A stretch of DNA of 64,000 nucleotides from a virus (taxonomy: Duplodnaviria; Caudoviricetes). The translations under genes were made by a program, and so were the position numbers. A model generated the notes under the pieces. The model was given only the letters and a program-made list of their open reading frames with translations. It made no database searches and had not been told where the DNA came from. The stretch lies in the IMG/VR virus record IMGVR_UViG_3300006139_000004, positions 69,492 to 133,491 of that record, one strand, 5' to 3'. This document shows, piece after piece, positions 28,274-39,100 of the stretch; position 1 is the first letter of the stretch, and the number at the start of each line of letters is the position of its first letter.

Positions 28274-30295
28274 TTAAACGCAGAAGCCGGGAGCGACCCC
28301 ACGGGAATAGCCGGAGCTGCTGGTGCCCGGAGAGCCGTCAGTGTAGACACTGCAGAAGCCGTACGTGTCGCCAGCATAAACGGAACGCAGCCACCAATAC
28401 GCTGTTGTTGTATTTGCATTATGTTTATTAAACACTTTGCTGTTACCATTCTTATAATAATCATACTGCATCTGAGAATTTTGCTCATACTGGCTGGCAT
28501 ATGTCCTTGCACCTTGAACTTCAAATTCAGACAATAAGAATAAGTAATCTGTTGTTGCAGTTATTGCACCTGCTGCGTTGGAACTTCCTCCTGTATTATC
28601 ACTATATTTTGTAACCGACTTCATGACAGCACGAAGGTCACTTGGCAATGCAGCCATAAAACTATTTGCCGCAGGACTTGTTGGGTTCTGATTAAGAACT
28701 GTAGTCCGCATAGTACAACCATTCCAACCACCAGCATTTGTACTGTTACCAGAAGTTGAACCATTCATGGTAAATGTGCCATTCCAGTTACCATACTGTG
28801 CATCAACAAAACAAATCTGATTACCAGTCTTGCTAACTTTACCAATCTGGAAGTGAATGCGATTAGCACCTTCTTTTGCGCTATTGTGATTAAAGCCCAA
28901 AATGAAAGCCCACACATCCATATTGATAGCAGTAGACTTAACAGTACCATTCACTTTAATTTGCTTTGCATCACCAACATTCCAATAAGTTGAAGCCACA
29001 CCAGCATCAGACACTTGCTTAATTTGCGCCCAAGTATACTCATTAAGAGCCTTGCCAGAAGCAGGAATAAACTCTGCATTCACAGTAAATGTTTGATTTG
29101 CTGGAGCATTATGGTTAGTTCCTGCCGCTACAGAAACAGTTACAGTCGCTGTACCAGATTTCTTATTGACATGATTGACAGTAATCACATTACCATTAAT
29201 AGAAACTGTAGCAACACTGGTATCACTGGATGTAGCAGAAATTGCACCATCACCAGCACGTGTCACAGTCACAGTATCAGACAATTTACTGGTATTAAGC
29301 GTCACTGAACTCTTATTCAGACTTAAACTACCAGCCGCCTTTTTAATTGTCCAAGATACTTCCTTTGCACCTGTGCTACCATCACTCCAACAATAATCAG
29401 GCTTTGGTGTAAATGTTGCCTTATATGTACCAGCATTTGTAGCCTTAGTAACACCACCAATAGTCAACTGAGCAGTATTGTAATTGCTAAATGTCGGTGT
29501 GAGTTCAGCCCCCGTATAAGTTAAAGTGCCGCTTTGAGCAGGAACAGCAGTCAGTTTAGTTTTATTAGGGATTGCTGTAATTCTACCCGTTGTACTTTTA
29601 TTAACTGCACCTTCAGTAGAAATTGGGAACAAAGCAAAGTAATAAGTAGTTCCATTTGTAAGGCCAGTTACCTCTAATGGATTGCTTGTATGTGCATTTC
29701 GAGTTGTGCTATTCAAAGCAAGCGTACCATCTTCGGGAGAAGTAGGATAACCACCAGTCTTATAAACCACCTTCGTACTTGCCCATGTTGAAAGCGTTAC
29801 GCCATCCTGAACTTTAGTTGCGGCAGGATCAGTCCATTTAAGCTGAACACGCCCATTCAACTGTGCGGCAACCGCCAAACCAGAAATATCACCAGTAGGA
29901 ACAGGATTAGGTGTAACTGTTACCTCGTTCGCAGGATCATCAGCATAAGTGTTTGTAGTGGAATATGGGAAGAACTTATAGTAATAAGTCACACCATCAC
30001 TCAAACCACTATCACAAAAATACTGCGTCTTATATGCGTTACGGGTTTTATTGTCAATAACGACTGTACCATCACGGCGATTTGTTGGCATAGAACCCGC
30101 CTTACGAACCAGCAATGTACCAGCCCACGCAGCAAGGGTAGCATCACCAACAACCGTATCAACAGGATCAGTCCATTTCAGATATGCTTTACCCGAAGCA
30201 GCCAATGTAGCAAGGTCAGTCACAGGAGCCAGAGGAATACCACCGCCCCCACCAGAGCCACCGCTACCAGTTGGGAAAATAGAAACAATAGGCAT
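28274..30295 (-). CDS. DGR target: 2x FN3-like + Ig-like + C-terminal CLec-type (DUF6273-like) adhesin/receptor-binding protein
   Basis: Two LKWTDP..TYY repeats, SSDTSVATV, LFLLSEFE, WWLRS..GVAPGFCV. Confidence 0.9.
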   Translation of the reverse strand: MPIVSIFPTGSGGSGGGGGIPLAPVTDLATLAASGKAYLKWTDPVDTVVGDATLAAWAGTLLVRKAGSMPTNRRDGTVVIDNKTRNAYKTQYFCDSGLSDGVTYYYKFFPYSTTNTYADDPANEVTVTPNPVPTGDISGLAVAAQLNGRVQLKWTDPAATKVQDGVTLSTWASTKVVYKTGGYPTSPEDGTLALNSTTRNAHTSNPLEVTGLTNGTTYYFALFPISTEGAVNKSTTGRITAIPNKTKLTAVPAQSGTLTYTGAELTPTFSNYNTAQLTIGGVTKATNAGTYKATFTPKPDYCWSDGSTGAKEVSWTIKKAAGSLSLNKSSVTLNTSKLSDTVTVTRAGDGAISATSSDTSVATVSINGNVITVNHVNKKSGTATVTVSVAAGTNHNAPANQTFTVNAEFIPASGKALNEYTWAQIKQVSDAGVASTYWNVGDAKQIKVNGTVKSTAINMDVWAFILGFNHNSAKEGANRIHFQIGKVSKTGNQICFVDAQYGNWNGTFTMNGSTSGNSTNAGGWNGCTMRTTVLNQNPTSPAANSFMAALPSDLRAVMKSVTKYSDNTGGSSNAAGAITATTDYLFLLSEFEVQGARTYASQYEQNSQMQYDYYKNGNSKVFNKHNANTTTAYWWLRSVYAGDTYGFCSVYTDGSPGTSSSGYSRGVAPGFCV
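28282..28404 (-). repeat. DGR variable repeat (VR)
   Basis: 17 mismatches to TR, all at TR adenines on the coding strand. Confidence 0.97.
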
Positions 30296-30307
30296 ATATA
30301 ACCTCCT

Positions 30308-30709
30308 TTAACCAAGAAGAATAATTGTCACAGGAATATCACGTGTAGGCTTATCGCCATATGCTGTAACGGTCAAAGAACCATCTGCTTGACTACTGAT
30401 ACGCATATCAGCGTCTACAACATCTTCAATCTGTTCAGTTGTGATATTTTGTCCGATAGTAATAATGCCGTTCTGTTCTTCAGTAAGCCCATCAACAGAA
30501 ATTGTTTGGGAATACGGAGCGTTTTCGCTCCATTCAGACATAGATAAAACGGCACTAATTGCTACACTAAGATTGGCTTTCTCACCAAGGGCGGTATCAA
30601 TTTTCTCCATATTTGAATTTGAATTACCATTGATGCTTTCACGCCATTCTTTAAATTTTGTCTGGTCATCATCTGTAAGTATCAGATTATAATTTGCTGT
30701 TGTACTCAA
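30308..30709 (-). CDS. Tail fibre-associated protein
   Basis: TTANYNL..NMEKID; C-terminus paralogous to 30734-31186. Confidence 0.6.
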   Translation of the reverse strand: MSTTANYNLILTDDDQTKFKEWRESINGNSNSNMEKIDTALGEKANLSVAISAVLSMSEWSENAPYSQTISVDGLTEEQNGIITIGQNITTEQIEDVVDADMRISSQADGSLTVTAYGDKPTRDIPVTIILLG

Positions 30710-30733
30710 AATAAAACACCACCCTTCTTTGAA

Positions 30734-31186
30734 TTAACCAAGCAGAGTGATGAGAATAGGAATATCAATTTGTGGTGTATCTCCACGACAGGAGATTGTA
30801 ATTGAACCATTTGCTTGAGCAGTTACAAACATTTCAGCGGCAACCACAGCTTCATACTGTGCATCACTAAACGCTTGTGGCAAAGTAACATAACCATTCT
30901 GATCAGCCATAATAGCAGACACAGATACGGTCTGTTGCCCATTCACCCAAGCACTTGCCAACAAAGTTGTATTTACTGTTTCACTTGGTTCGCAACTTTC
31001 AGCACCATCAAAAGGCAACTCTTTATATCGCTTACCACCATATCCTGTTTTATGGCGTGTACTACCATCCTCAAAAACTACTGTAATTTGTTCGCCATCC
31101 AGCAAGATAGGATTTTTAGTTGTCCAATTTGCAACAGTATCACGCCGTTGCTGAATTGCAGATACTTTTACGACTTTTTCAGCCAT
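30734..31186 (-). CDS. Mtd_N-like domain tail protein
   Basis: IQQRRDTVANWTTKNPILLDGE..KTGYG..YKELPF. Confidence 0.7.
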   Translation of the reverse strand: MAEKVVKVSAIQQRRDTVANWTTKNPILLDGEQITVVFEDGSTRHKTGYGGKRYKELPFDGAESCEPSETVNTTLLASAWVNGQQTVSVSAIMADQNGYVTLPQAFSDAQYEAVVAAEMFVTAQANGSITISCRGDTPQIDIPILITLLG

Positions 31187-31252
31187 CCACTTCACCTCCG
31201 CTTTTAGAATAAGAAAGAGAAGGCTTTCGCCCTCCCTTAATCATTTTTTTAA

Positions 31253-32389
31253 TTACGCATTACCACCATCAAGAATGATAGTGTCGGTATCATGTACCAC
31301 AGTATCAGGCAGAGTATAAACAGTAGTTTCAGTGCCGCCAATCTTCACATTACCGTTTGTAGTAGAAGCCTCAACCTTAGTTGCGCCCTCTGCAACGCCA
31401 TCCAACTTAGTCTTGTCAGTGGCAGACATAGCACCAGCAGCAGTAGTAGTGGCCTCATCCAACTCCAGACCAGCCGCACCAACCTTCAGGCCGTTGGTGT
31501 TTGTACCCAGCTTAATGGCAATAACATTAGTTGCAGAAATCTCAATGCCATCACCAGCGGTATACTCGTCAACCAAGTCCTGAACAGACAGATAAATGTG
31601 ACTCTCGTTGCCATCACCGCCAACAGTATTCACAACAAAGTCAATGTACTTGTCGCCAATAGCAGCACCAGTATAGGGATCGTCAGCGGCAGCAACCACC
31701 TTAATATCAGCGGACTTCACCAGATAATCCTTCGGAATGTTAATATCAGCACCAACCACAGTGCCATCCACCGTCACCTGATAAGAGGCAATATAACCAG
31801 CATTGGCAGTAGCCTTCTTCACCACATCAACAGTGTGATCCTTAACATACAGGCCATCAGCCTTCTTCTGCAAGCCGTTATCAGCATCGGCAGACACGTT
31901 CACACCGATTGTCTTGCCAGTCGCATCAACGGTCACAGCACCATCGGCAGCAGTATAAGTAGTATCGGCAGTAGTAATCCGCACAACCTCAGTGTAAGCG
32001 GCATCAGCCAAACCCTTTGCGGACAGAATCAGAATATGAGGATCAGTAGCATCCTGCTCCAACTTGTACTGAGTATCGGTATCCTGCACCTTACCAGAAA
32101 TGTAAGTATCCAGATTCTTAATCTCGTTGGCAGCGTACTCAGGCTTAGTAACAGCCTTCGCCCAATCAGGCACGTCACCAGCCAAAGCAGTAATATAAGG
32201 CAGATCGTTAAAAGCAGTAGTACCATCACCCAGCTTCAGCAAAGTAGCAGCCTTAGTACCAGCATCAGTATCAGCAGGAACCAGCACAACGATAGGCTCA
32301 TTCACACCATAAACCTTATTAGCAGCCTGAAGATTAGCCAGAGTGTCACCACGAAGTTTGTACTGCACATTAATAGTCTTGTTAGCCAT
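31253..32389 (-). CDS. Mtd_N-like domain tail fibre protein
   Basis: LRGDTLAN..KLGDGTTAFNDLPY; AGAMSATDKTKLDG. Confidence 0.7.
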   Translation of the reverse strand: MANKTINVQYKLRGDTLANLQAANKVYGVNEPIVVLVPADTDAGTKAATLLKLGDGTTAFNDLPYITALAGDVPDWAKAVTKPEYAANEIKNLDTYISGKVQDTDTQYKLEQDATDPHILILSAKGLADAAYTEVVRITTADTTYTAADGAVTVDATGKTIGVNVSADADNGLQKKADGLYVKDHTVDVVKKATANAGYIASYQVTVDGTVVGADINIPKDYLVKSADIKVVAAADDPYTGAAIGDKYIDFVVNTVGGDGNESHIYLSVQDLVDEYTAGDGIEISATNVIAIKLGTNTNGLKVGAAGLELDEATTTAAGAMSATDKTKLDGVAEGATKVEASTTNGNVKIGGTETTVYTLPDTVVHDTDTIILDGGNA

Positions 32390-32411
32390 AATCAATTACC
32401 TCCTAATATTT

Positions 32412-32729
32412 TTAAATTTCACCGTCAAGAATGATGTAATCGCCATCATCTTGCTCTAATTTGTTTACATTCAGTGAATTGACTTCCATTGTGCCATCTT
32501 CACCGATAGTAACCTTGTTTTCGGAATTGCTGGATTTAACTGCGCCAGCCGTAGTTTCATCACCAATAGGAACGTCAACGGCGACACCCTCTTTGATTGA
32601 CTTATCTACCTCCGCAAATTTATCCTGAACTTTCTTAAAGTTGTCATTAATTTTTCGAGCAACTTCCGCACCAGAGTCCGAATTAGCCTGTGTAGTGCCA
32701 GCCCTCAACAACTCATAAACAAAATTCAT
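32412..32729 (-). CDS. Tail-associated hypothetical protein
   Basis: KINDNF, AGAVK, ends IILDG like the next gene. Confidence 0.55.
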   Translation of the reverse strand: MNFVYELLRAGTTQANSDSGAEVARKINDNFKKVQDKFAEVDKSIKEGVAVDVPIGDETTAGAVKSSNSENKVTIGEDGTMEVNSLNVNKLEQDDGDYIILDGEI

Positions 32730-32751
32730 TCAATCAGTCACCGCCTCCCTT

Positions 32752-32937
32752 TTAAGCATACAGAATATAATCTGAACGTAATTCAGCGGTATTAAAAAGA
32801 AAGCCTTTATAGTCCTCTGGCTGTCCTACTGGAGCAAAACAACTACCAATATTGGTAGGATCGTCACCACCCGGATCATACGGAGGACTATGGACAGGAT
32901 AGAATACACCCCAATAAAATCCATAAGCCATAGACAT
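32752..32937 (-). CDS. Small hypothetical protein
   Basis: Fills operon gap. Confidence 0.45.
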   Translation of the reverse strand: MSMAYGFYWGVFYPVHSPPYDPGGDDPTNIGSCFAPVGQPEDYKGFLFNTAELRSDYILYA

Positions 32938-32951
32938 ATTGCATCACCGCC

Positions 32952-33248
32952 TTAATAGATAAAACAAATAATACAATCGTTTACTGACGTTTTGAATTTT
33001 ACTTCTCGGATTTCAGCAGTATTTGTGCCGCCAAGTGCAATGCTTGAGAAATTGCCTAATCCGTCAGTTGTAAATTCAAATCCATCCATAAGAAATTCTG
33101 TATAAGCCGCTGTTTTAATGGTGATGTGATATAACTTGTCTGCAAGTGAACTCGGCTCAACCTTTTTAACTTCTGCCAAACAACGTTCAACGACATTTTC
33201 ATTTGCAGCAAAGTTGGCGTGTAATAATCCACCTTGTTTTCTTACCAT
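32952..33248 (-). CDS. Hypothetical protein
   Basis: Operon ORF with RBS. Confidence 0.55.
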   Translation of the reverse strand: MVRKQGGLLHANFAANENVVERCLAEVKKVEPSSLADKLYHITIKTAAYTEFLMDGFEFTTDGLGNFSSIALGGTNTAEIREVKFKTSVNDCIICFIY

Positions 33249-33283
33249 TATTTCACCACCTTTTATAAATAGAGTTCTTTATG

Positions 33284-34225
33284 TTATTCTACAATTATCA
33301 CATAATCGACCTCTTCCAAAGTCATATTGTCAAAATCACTCAGAGTTAAATCGTCCATTTCATATAACAACCGATACCTCTTTAATCCTGCGCTTGCCTC
33401 ACAATCTAAATACATATCGGCAGTTATAGGTTGAATAAATTGAATTATAGTTTCTACAATATTAGCAAAGACATTAAGCACATCTTCCATTCCAGTAAAC
33501 TTCTTCAGCCAAAAATCTTGTTCCGTATCAATATCAAGCCATGTTTCAAACTCAGGATCATGTAAAACATTTTTCAGCACAAGATCATCAACCATATCTG
33601 CATACAAATATGTCATTGCTTCACCACTGATATGGAACAAATAGAAAATGTCAGTTGGTGCAACATCCAAGAACATTGCAATTTCATCTACATCAATCAT
33701 TTTCTTGCTTGCCATTTCAGCATCGGCAGATATATATAATTCATTTTCAAACTTATCAATGCTATATTTCAATGTATCTAATTCTTCTGCAAACATCGTC
33801 ATGTCGAACTTTGCATTGCCGAGTGAAAGTGCGACATAATAATCAAGTGGAGAAGCATAAATCTCCAGAGCAGAATCACCACTAATGAAACTTTTTTCAA
33901 GAATGTCCATTTCATCAGCAGACAAAACTATTTCTGATTCACCACTTGCCATAGTCTGTTTTAACAAATCAACATCTGTATCTAAATACATTTCACTTAC
34001 AATTTGCTCATGAACAATTTTAAGAATATCGTGCATGGAAACATCAATAAACATTTCTGATTCAATCTTTAACGCTTTTCTAATCTCAATATCATCCATA
34101 GTAGCAAATATATTAAGCCAATCGTACATCGAAAACGCATCTCTTTGAACCAACTGCGTGATAATAACATCAATTTCGGTGAGCCGCTGTTTCAAATAAA
34201 CGTCATACAGTTCCAATTCTCTCAC
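33284..34225 (-). CDS. Highly acidic tail-region protein
   Basis: D/E/M-rich 313-aa ORF. Confidence 0.65.
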   Translation of the reverse strand: MRELELYDVYLKQRLTEIDVIITQLVQRDAFSMYDWLNIFATMDDIEIRKALKIESEMFIDVSMHDILKIVHEQIVSEMYLDTDVDLLKQTMASGESEIVLSADEMDILEKSFISGDSALEIYASPLDYYVALSLGNAKFDMTMFAEELDTLKYSIDKFENELYISADAEMASKKMIDVDEIAMFLDVAPTDIFYLFHISGEAMTYLYADMVDDLVLKNVLHDPEFETWLDIDTEQDFWLKKFTGMEDVLNVFANIVETIIQFIQPITADMYLDCEASAGLKRYRLLYEMDDLTLSDFDNMTLEEVDYVIIVE

Positions 34226-34243
34226 CTACTTTCTTCATGTTAT

Positions 34244-34654
34244 TTAAGGAGAAACCGTTGGATTAGCCAGTGTCAGTTTTAAACTCCCTGTCTTAACCAT
34301 AACAATAGTTGCAGTTTCGACGCTACGAGATTGAGATAATTGATTGAACATAAGCAAGTTGCCATCAGTGGGACTATCAAACAAAACAAAGTGTGTAATA
34401 GTTCCCCAACTCGCAGAACTCTCATCAAATTGAATTTCGCCGTCATTTGAAACGACACCATTCACAGGTTCGCCCAAATTTGTCAACTCGACACGCTGAT
34501 AACCAGCAGATGCAAGCGGTTCACTAACACCAGTGCCATCAACTTGCGGCGCAGTAGAACTCAAGCCAAGATACACCTTCTTAGGCAATGTAGGACTTAA
34601 CTTAGTCATAAACACATTACCCATAATACAGTTCAGAAAATATGTAGAAGTCAT
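34244..34654 (-). CDS. Tail/baseplate structural protein
   Basis: YLGLS..GYQRV..WGTITHF.LFD..TDGNLL. Confidence 0.65.
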   Translation of the reverse strand: MTSTYFLNCIMGNVFMTKLSPTLPKKVYLGLSSTAPQVDGTGVSEPLASAGYQRVELTNLGEPVNGVVSNDGEIQFDESSASWGTITHFVLFDSPTDGNLLMFNQLSQSRSVETATIVMVKTGSLKLTLANPTVSP

Positions 34655-34689
34655 ATACTGTTCACCCTCACTTTCCTAAAAGATAAATT

Positions 34690-35064
34690 TTATCTCAAAA
34701 AACTCTCATTGATATTGCGAGAAATTAAAAGAATCCCATGATTAGGGATTTCAGCTTCGCCATCTATATCTTTGATAGTAATTTGATAAATGTACTTTCC
34801 CTCCAGCCCTAATGTATCAGATGGAAGTAGATCAACAGAAGCAATATTCTTTGCGCCTGTCTCATCATCACCGATGCTGAACTTTAGAGGTTTATTTATT
34901 AATGGATCGCCAGTCTTATCAGAATAGTCCACAACAGAAAAGTCACCTATACAACCATCTGCATTGAAAGGAACATTCTTTATTGTCCAAAGCCTCCAGC
35001 GGAGGGTTTGTGACTGGCCTGACACAAACACTACCTCTGGTAATGTGTAAATATCATGTCTCAT
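34690..35064 (-). CDS. BppU-like baseplate protein
   Basis: L..SDT..L.GKYIYQITI motif. Confidence 0.5.
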   Translation of the reverse strand: MRHDIYTLPEVVFVSGQSQTLRWRLWTIKNVPFNADGCIGDFSVVDYSDKTGDPLINKPLKFSIGDDETGAKNIASVDLLPSDTLGLEGKYIYQITIKDIDGEAEIPNHGILLISRNINESFLR

Positions 35065-35067
35065 ATA

Positions 35068-35880
35068 TCACCCTCCATAATTCACAGGAAATTCACAAAC
35101 AAAATCTAAAATGCAATTTCCCTTTACCTGTAATTTGTTCATCCCTTTTTTCAATGGCAACCAGTTAAAGTTGAAATACTTATACAAATTTGAATAGCTA
35201 CTATCTGAAGATTTGATTTTTCCAAGAGCATTATCAATAGAAATTTTCAAAAAATAACTTTGTGGCAAATTTGTAAATTTCATTTCAATATCATCACACG
35301 ACTTATTGATAATTGAAATTGTATTGCTGCCATTTAGCTGAATTTCCAACTTTGGATAATACAGTTGATTAATTGTGGAGCGACTAATTAAATTGATATT
35401 TGTCGTTCCATTACAAGGATAATGAAATTTTCGTGGGAACATATATGCGTATGGAGAATCACAAGTAACCTTTGCCGTAAACGCCCAAGGAAGCCAAGAG
35501 AGTTGTATCGGCTCAAGTTCACTAAACACACAATGATACCTAACAATTTCCAAATCGGGTTGTTCTATTTCAAGCCATTTATACTGTGTCGGCCCCGTTA
35601 GCCAGTTAGCTATTGCATCCATCTCATACCGATCAAGGTGTTCATCCATTTTCAACATGAGCGGATCAAGGCCAAACACAAGCCTAAATTCAAGAGGTTC
35701 TTCGTAAGTCCGACCATATAAAAAATTCCGTCCCACGGACGGAATTACATCGGTCTGTATTTCTCCTGCGCTGGCAAAGGGAGTAGCCTCATTGTCATTG
35801 CCATCAATATCATAAATCCGAAGTCCATATTCCTCACAAGGAACACGATTGTAAGAAAACTTCTTTGCAATAAAACCCAT
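35068..35880 (-). CDS. Distal tail protein (Dit-like)
   Basis: FSYNR..EYGL, WLTG, CDSPYAY, LKKGMNKL. Confidence 0.7.
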   Translation of the reverse strand: MGFIAKKFSYNRVPCEEYGLRIYDIDGNDNEATPFASAGEIQTDVIPSVGRNFLYGRTYEEPLEFRLVFGLDPLMLKMDEHLDRYEMDAIANWLTGPTQYKWLEIEQPDLEIVRYHCVFSELEPIQLSWLPWAFTAKVTCDSPYAYMFPRKFHYPCNGTTNINLISRSTINQLYYPKLEIQLNGSNTISIINKSCDDIEMKFTNLPQSYFLKISIDNALGKIKSSDSSYSNLYKYFNFNWLPLKKGMNKLQVKGNCILDFVCEFPVNYGG

Positions 35881-35904
35881 CTACTCACCTCGCAATCTAA
35901 AATT

Positions 35905-36111
35905 TTATTTTTCCGAATCTGGAACTTCTGGTTTCTTCGCTGGTTCAATATTACATTCTGCCAAATAATTCAACACCTCTTGCAGAATCATAAAGCTACC
36001 TGAAAGATTTCCTGCGTTCTGAACTCCAGTTACAGTAATACCAGTATCTAATGTTCGCATAACAGCAGCAATAGCCTGACATACATCATCTTTATTTGTA
36101 ATTTCCTTCAT
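35905..36111 (-). CDS. Small hypothetical protein
   Basis: AAGGAG RBS. Confidence 0.55.
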   Translation of the reverse strand: MKEITNKDDVCQAIAAVMRTLDTGITVTGVQNAGNLSGSFMILQEVLNYLAECNIEPAKKPEVPDSEK

Positions 36112-36123
36112 ACAAACACTCCT

Positions 36124-39100
36124 TTATTTATTAATAGCGTCATTAATACAAACCCAACTGCCATTGACTTTAATATGAACACGTGCAGTAATCCAAAGTC
36201 CACCACCAGCATCAATTCCTAAACCTTCACTTGCAGAAATTCTCATTCCTCTATATGAGTTAATCATAACAAGATCAGTTATGTTTACACCATCACTACC
36301 ATATCCATCATACATAGAGCCATAAGAACCAAACAATATGTTTGCACCATTAACCGTACCGCCCTGAATGTATGCGCCATATATACGTGGTGAAGCAATA
36401 AGGTCTTGTGTAATTTGTGTACTTGCAATATTCTTAATTTCCTGTTGTGTCCACATATTTTGACTGAGCCAGTTAATGTCTTGGTCAACACCATCCAAAC
36501 GTTGATTAAAATTATATAGACGTTGATCAATATTCCAACTCATATTTGTTATATCATTATCCAATTCAGTAAATTTACTTTGTACACCACTATTCAAATT
36601 GTTCCAGGTGATTACACCATTTGCTAAAGTAAGATTTCCTTGCATCCACACGTTACCATTTGGATCAACATAGAAATTGTAACCCTTTGTTGCATACGAA
36701 TTTCTACCTACTCTAATACCAACACCTTCAAGCCACGCCTGACTATCGCCAGCAGCAGTTGAAGCAGAAAGTGTTCCCGACAAAGATGGAGACACTAATT
36801 TGCCACCAATAGTAGCATTATTGGCTCTCATATCACCATTCTTTTTAACCCAAAATGGAGCATTAGCAGGATTTTCAGCACCAGCCCAAAATGCGTATGC
36901 TGAATAATAACTTGTACCACCATTAATAGCAACACGTGTGCTACCGTTGCCAGAATACAAATAACTGGACGCAATAGTAAATCCACCGATCTCGCCTGAT
37001 GTAGCAATTAACTTACCCTTTAAATAAGCATTACCGTCCATATCAAGCCAGAAATTTGCATTAGGAGAATCACCAGATGAAATGTCGGTTACTTTCTTAA
37101 TGTTCCTATTGTTCACTGTACGAACACCTGAAGGCTGTCCTTTACTATCATAATAAAACAATGTATCTTTGTTCGCTCCACCTACAATGCCATAAATAGC
37201 CCCAAGGTCAATACGACCTCCAGTGCTGCCATAAAGATTAAAAGAAGCATTGTGTAATGATGCACCTTCAGCATCAACTTTAAATACAGCTACACCACCA
37301 TCTTGCTTCTCACTTTCGATCACCAAAGACGTACCAGCAAGAATAGTGCCTACAATAGCAGGAGCAACGATACCAAATATACTGCCAAGATTTTTGTCAA
37401 CAAACTCACCAATACCGATTGTTGCAGAGTTCCAGTTGTCATTAGTAAACATTATGGCATTATGAGCAAGCCATAACTGTTTCGGGCTATAGTCACCGCT
37501 GGCCTGAATGTATTTCCTACATCTCAATCCTGTCTGATCAATCGTCAACTCGTTATTTGTGCCAGACATAATCATATTTTTCATAGTGTCAATCGCAGAA
37601 GTCATAAAGTCCTTGACTTGAGTTTTTGCACCACTGGTAACAAAGTTGCTGTAGTTGTATTTATTAAAATCAAGCGAACTTGCGGATGAGATACTTTGAT
37701 CCAACAAATCCTCAAACTTGAATGAAGCGTCATTCAATTTATAAGCATTTCCAAAATCAATCGTAAAATCTGTTAAATCATCAAAATCAACTTCAATACT
37801 TGTTACAATAGGTGTAACAACTCCTTTTTCCATTTGAAGATATACTCTTTCGCCCAATGACAACTCTTTAGCAAAATCAATGTAATCTTCTAATGCAAGG
37901 AAATTGACAACAGATGTAGAGAAAAAATAATCAGGAGATGATAACTTTTCCAAAGTCTCAAATCCATATTCAAACAACTCCCATTCAATAGACATTTTCT
38001 GATACTCTGTAACATCTTGTGTCAAATATAAAGTCGCAGATGAAGTCTTAAATTGCAAAGAAGATGCAGAACTTGAAACACTTGTACTTAATGTACCTGT
38101 CATAGCAAGGCTACCACTTGGGAACTCTGCTCCATTAAACGTCCCTTTATTCAAATACAATGAGAACACAAATGATCTGTCAGAATTAACTTGTAATGTT
38201 CCATTAACAATCTGTGCGTTTAATACTGCATTTGATGTACTTGCGCCAATCGACCCACCACGAATAATATAAAATGTCATATCATTGCCATATGGTGCTT
38301 GTGTCATAGAAGTAAGGTTTGTCAAATTGAATATAGCAGATATTCCGCTAATAGTCTTAGTATCAACGGCATATGCGTCTGTCGAAGTTGCAACAAAAGT
38401 GCTATCAGTTAATGAACCACATCTGAAATACCTATCTAAAATTTTCAATTCATCAGATGTAAAAAATGAATCAAACGCAGTTCTCTTATTAATGCTTTTC
38501 AGTTGTGATGTATAACTATCAATCTGTGACTGGATGTTTTTAAGCAAATTCTCTTGCGCTGCAATCTGAGTTTTCTTTGAAGATATTTGACTATTTATCG
38601 AATTAAGTTCTGATTGCAATGCCTGATCTACCGCTATTGCTTGATGAATAGTGGATTGCTTCGTTTCTAAAGCCAACAATTCCCCATTCATTTCTGCTAA
38701 AACGCTTTCTTCTGTTGTATATCTGCTTATTTGCATATTCTGAGCAATTATCAACTGATAATAAGGCTGCTGATAACTCTCAAATGTACTCTTCCATCGA
38801 CTCCACTTTTCAATTATTTCATCAGAAAAGTATTTATTATTCATATAAGCATCAAGATTAAAAATGCGATTTAACCCCATCGGATTAACACTACGAATTG
38901 TAACACCATCCGCACCATAAACATCAAGTGCAGTTACAAGTTCATCTGTATTTTCCTCTATCTCAATCTCTTTAATAAGATTTTTTGTAGATAGATATAC
39001 AGGCTTTGTATTAACAATTTCGTTAATACTACGCACATTTATCTTTCGATTATATGTATCAAAATCAAAAATACATCCATATGCTTCTTGCAAATCAGAT

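Noticed and set aside
28099-28524. 141-aa alternative-frame ORF across the VR
   Set aside because: Overlaps the true target frame, hairpin and promoter; no RBS or motif
31292-32434. 380-aa + strand ORF
   Set aside because: Antisense shadow of a codon-biased tail gene; Ser/Ile-rich with no motif or RBS
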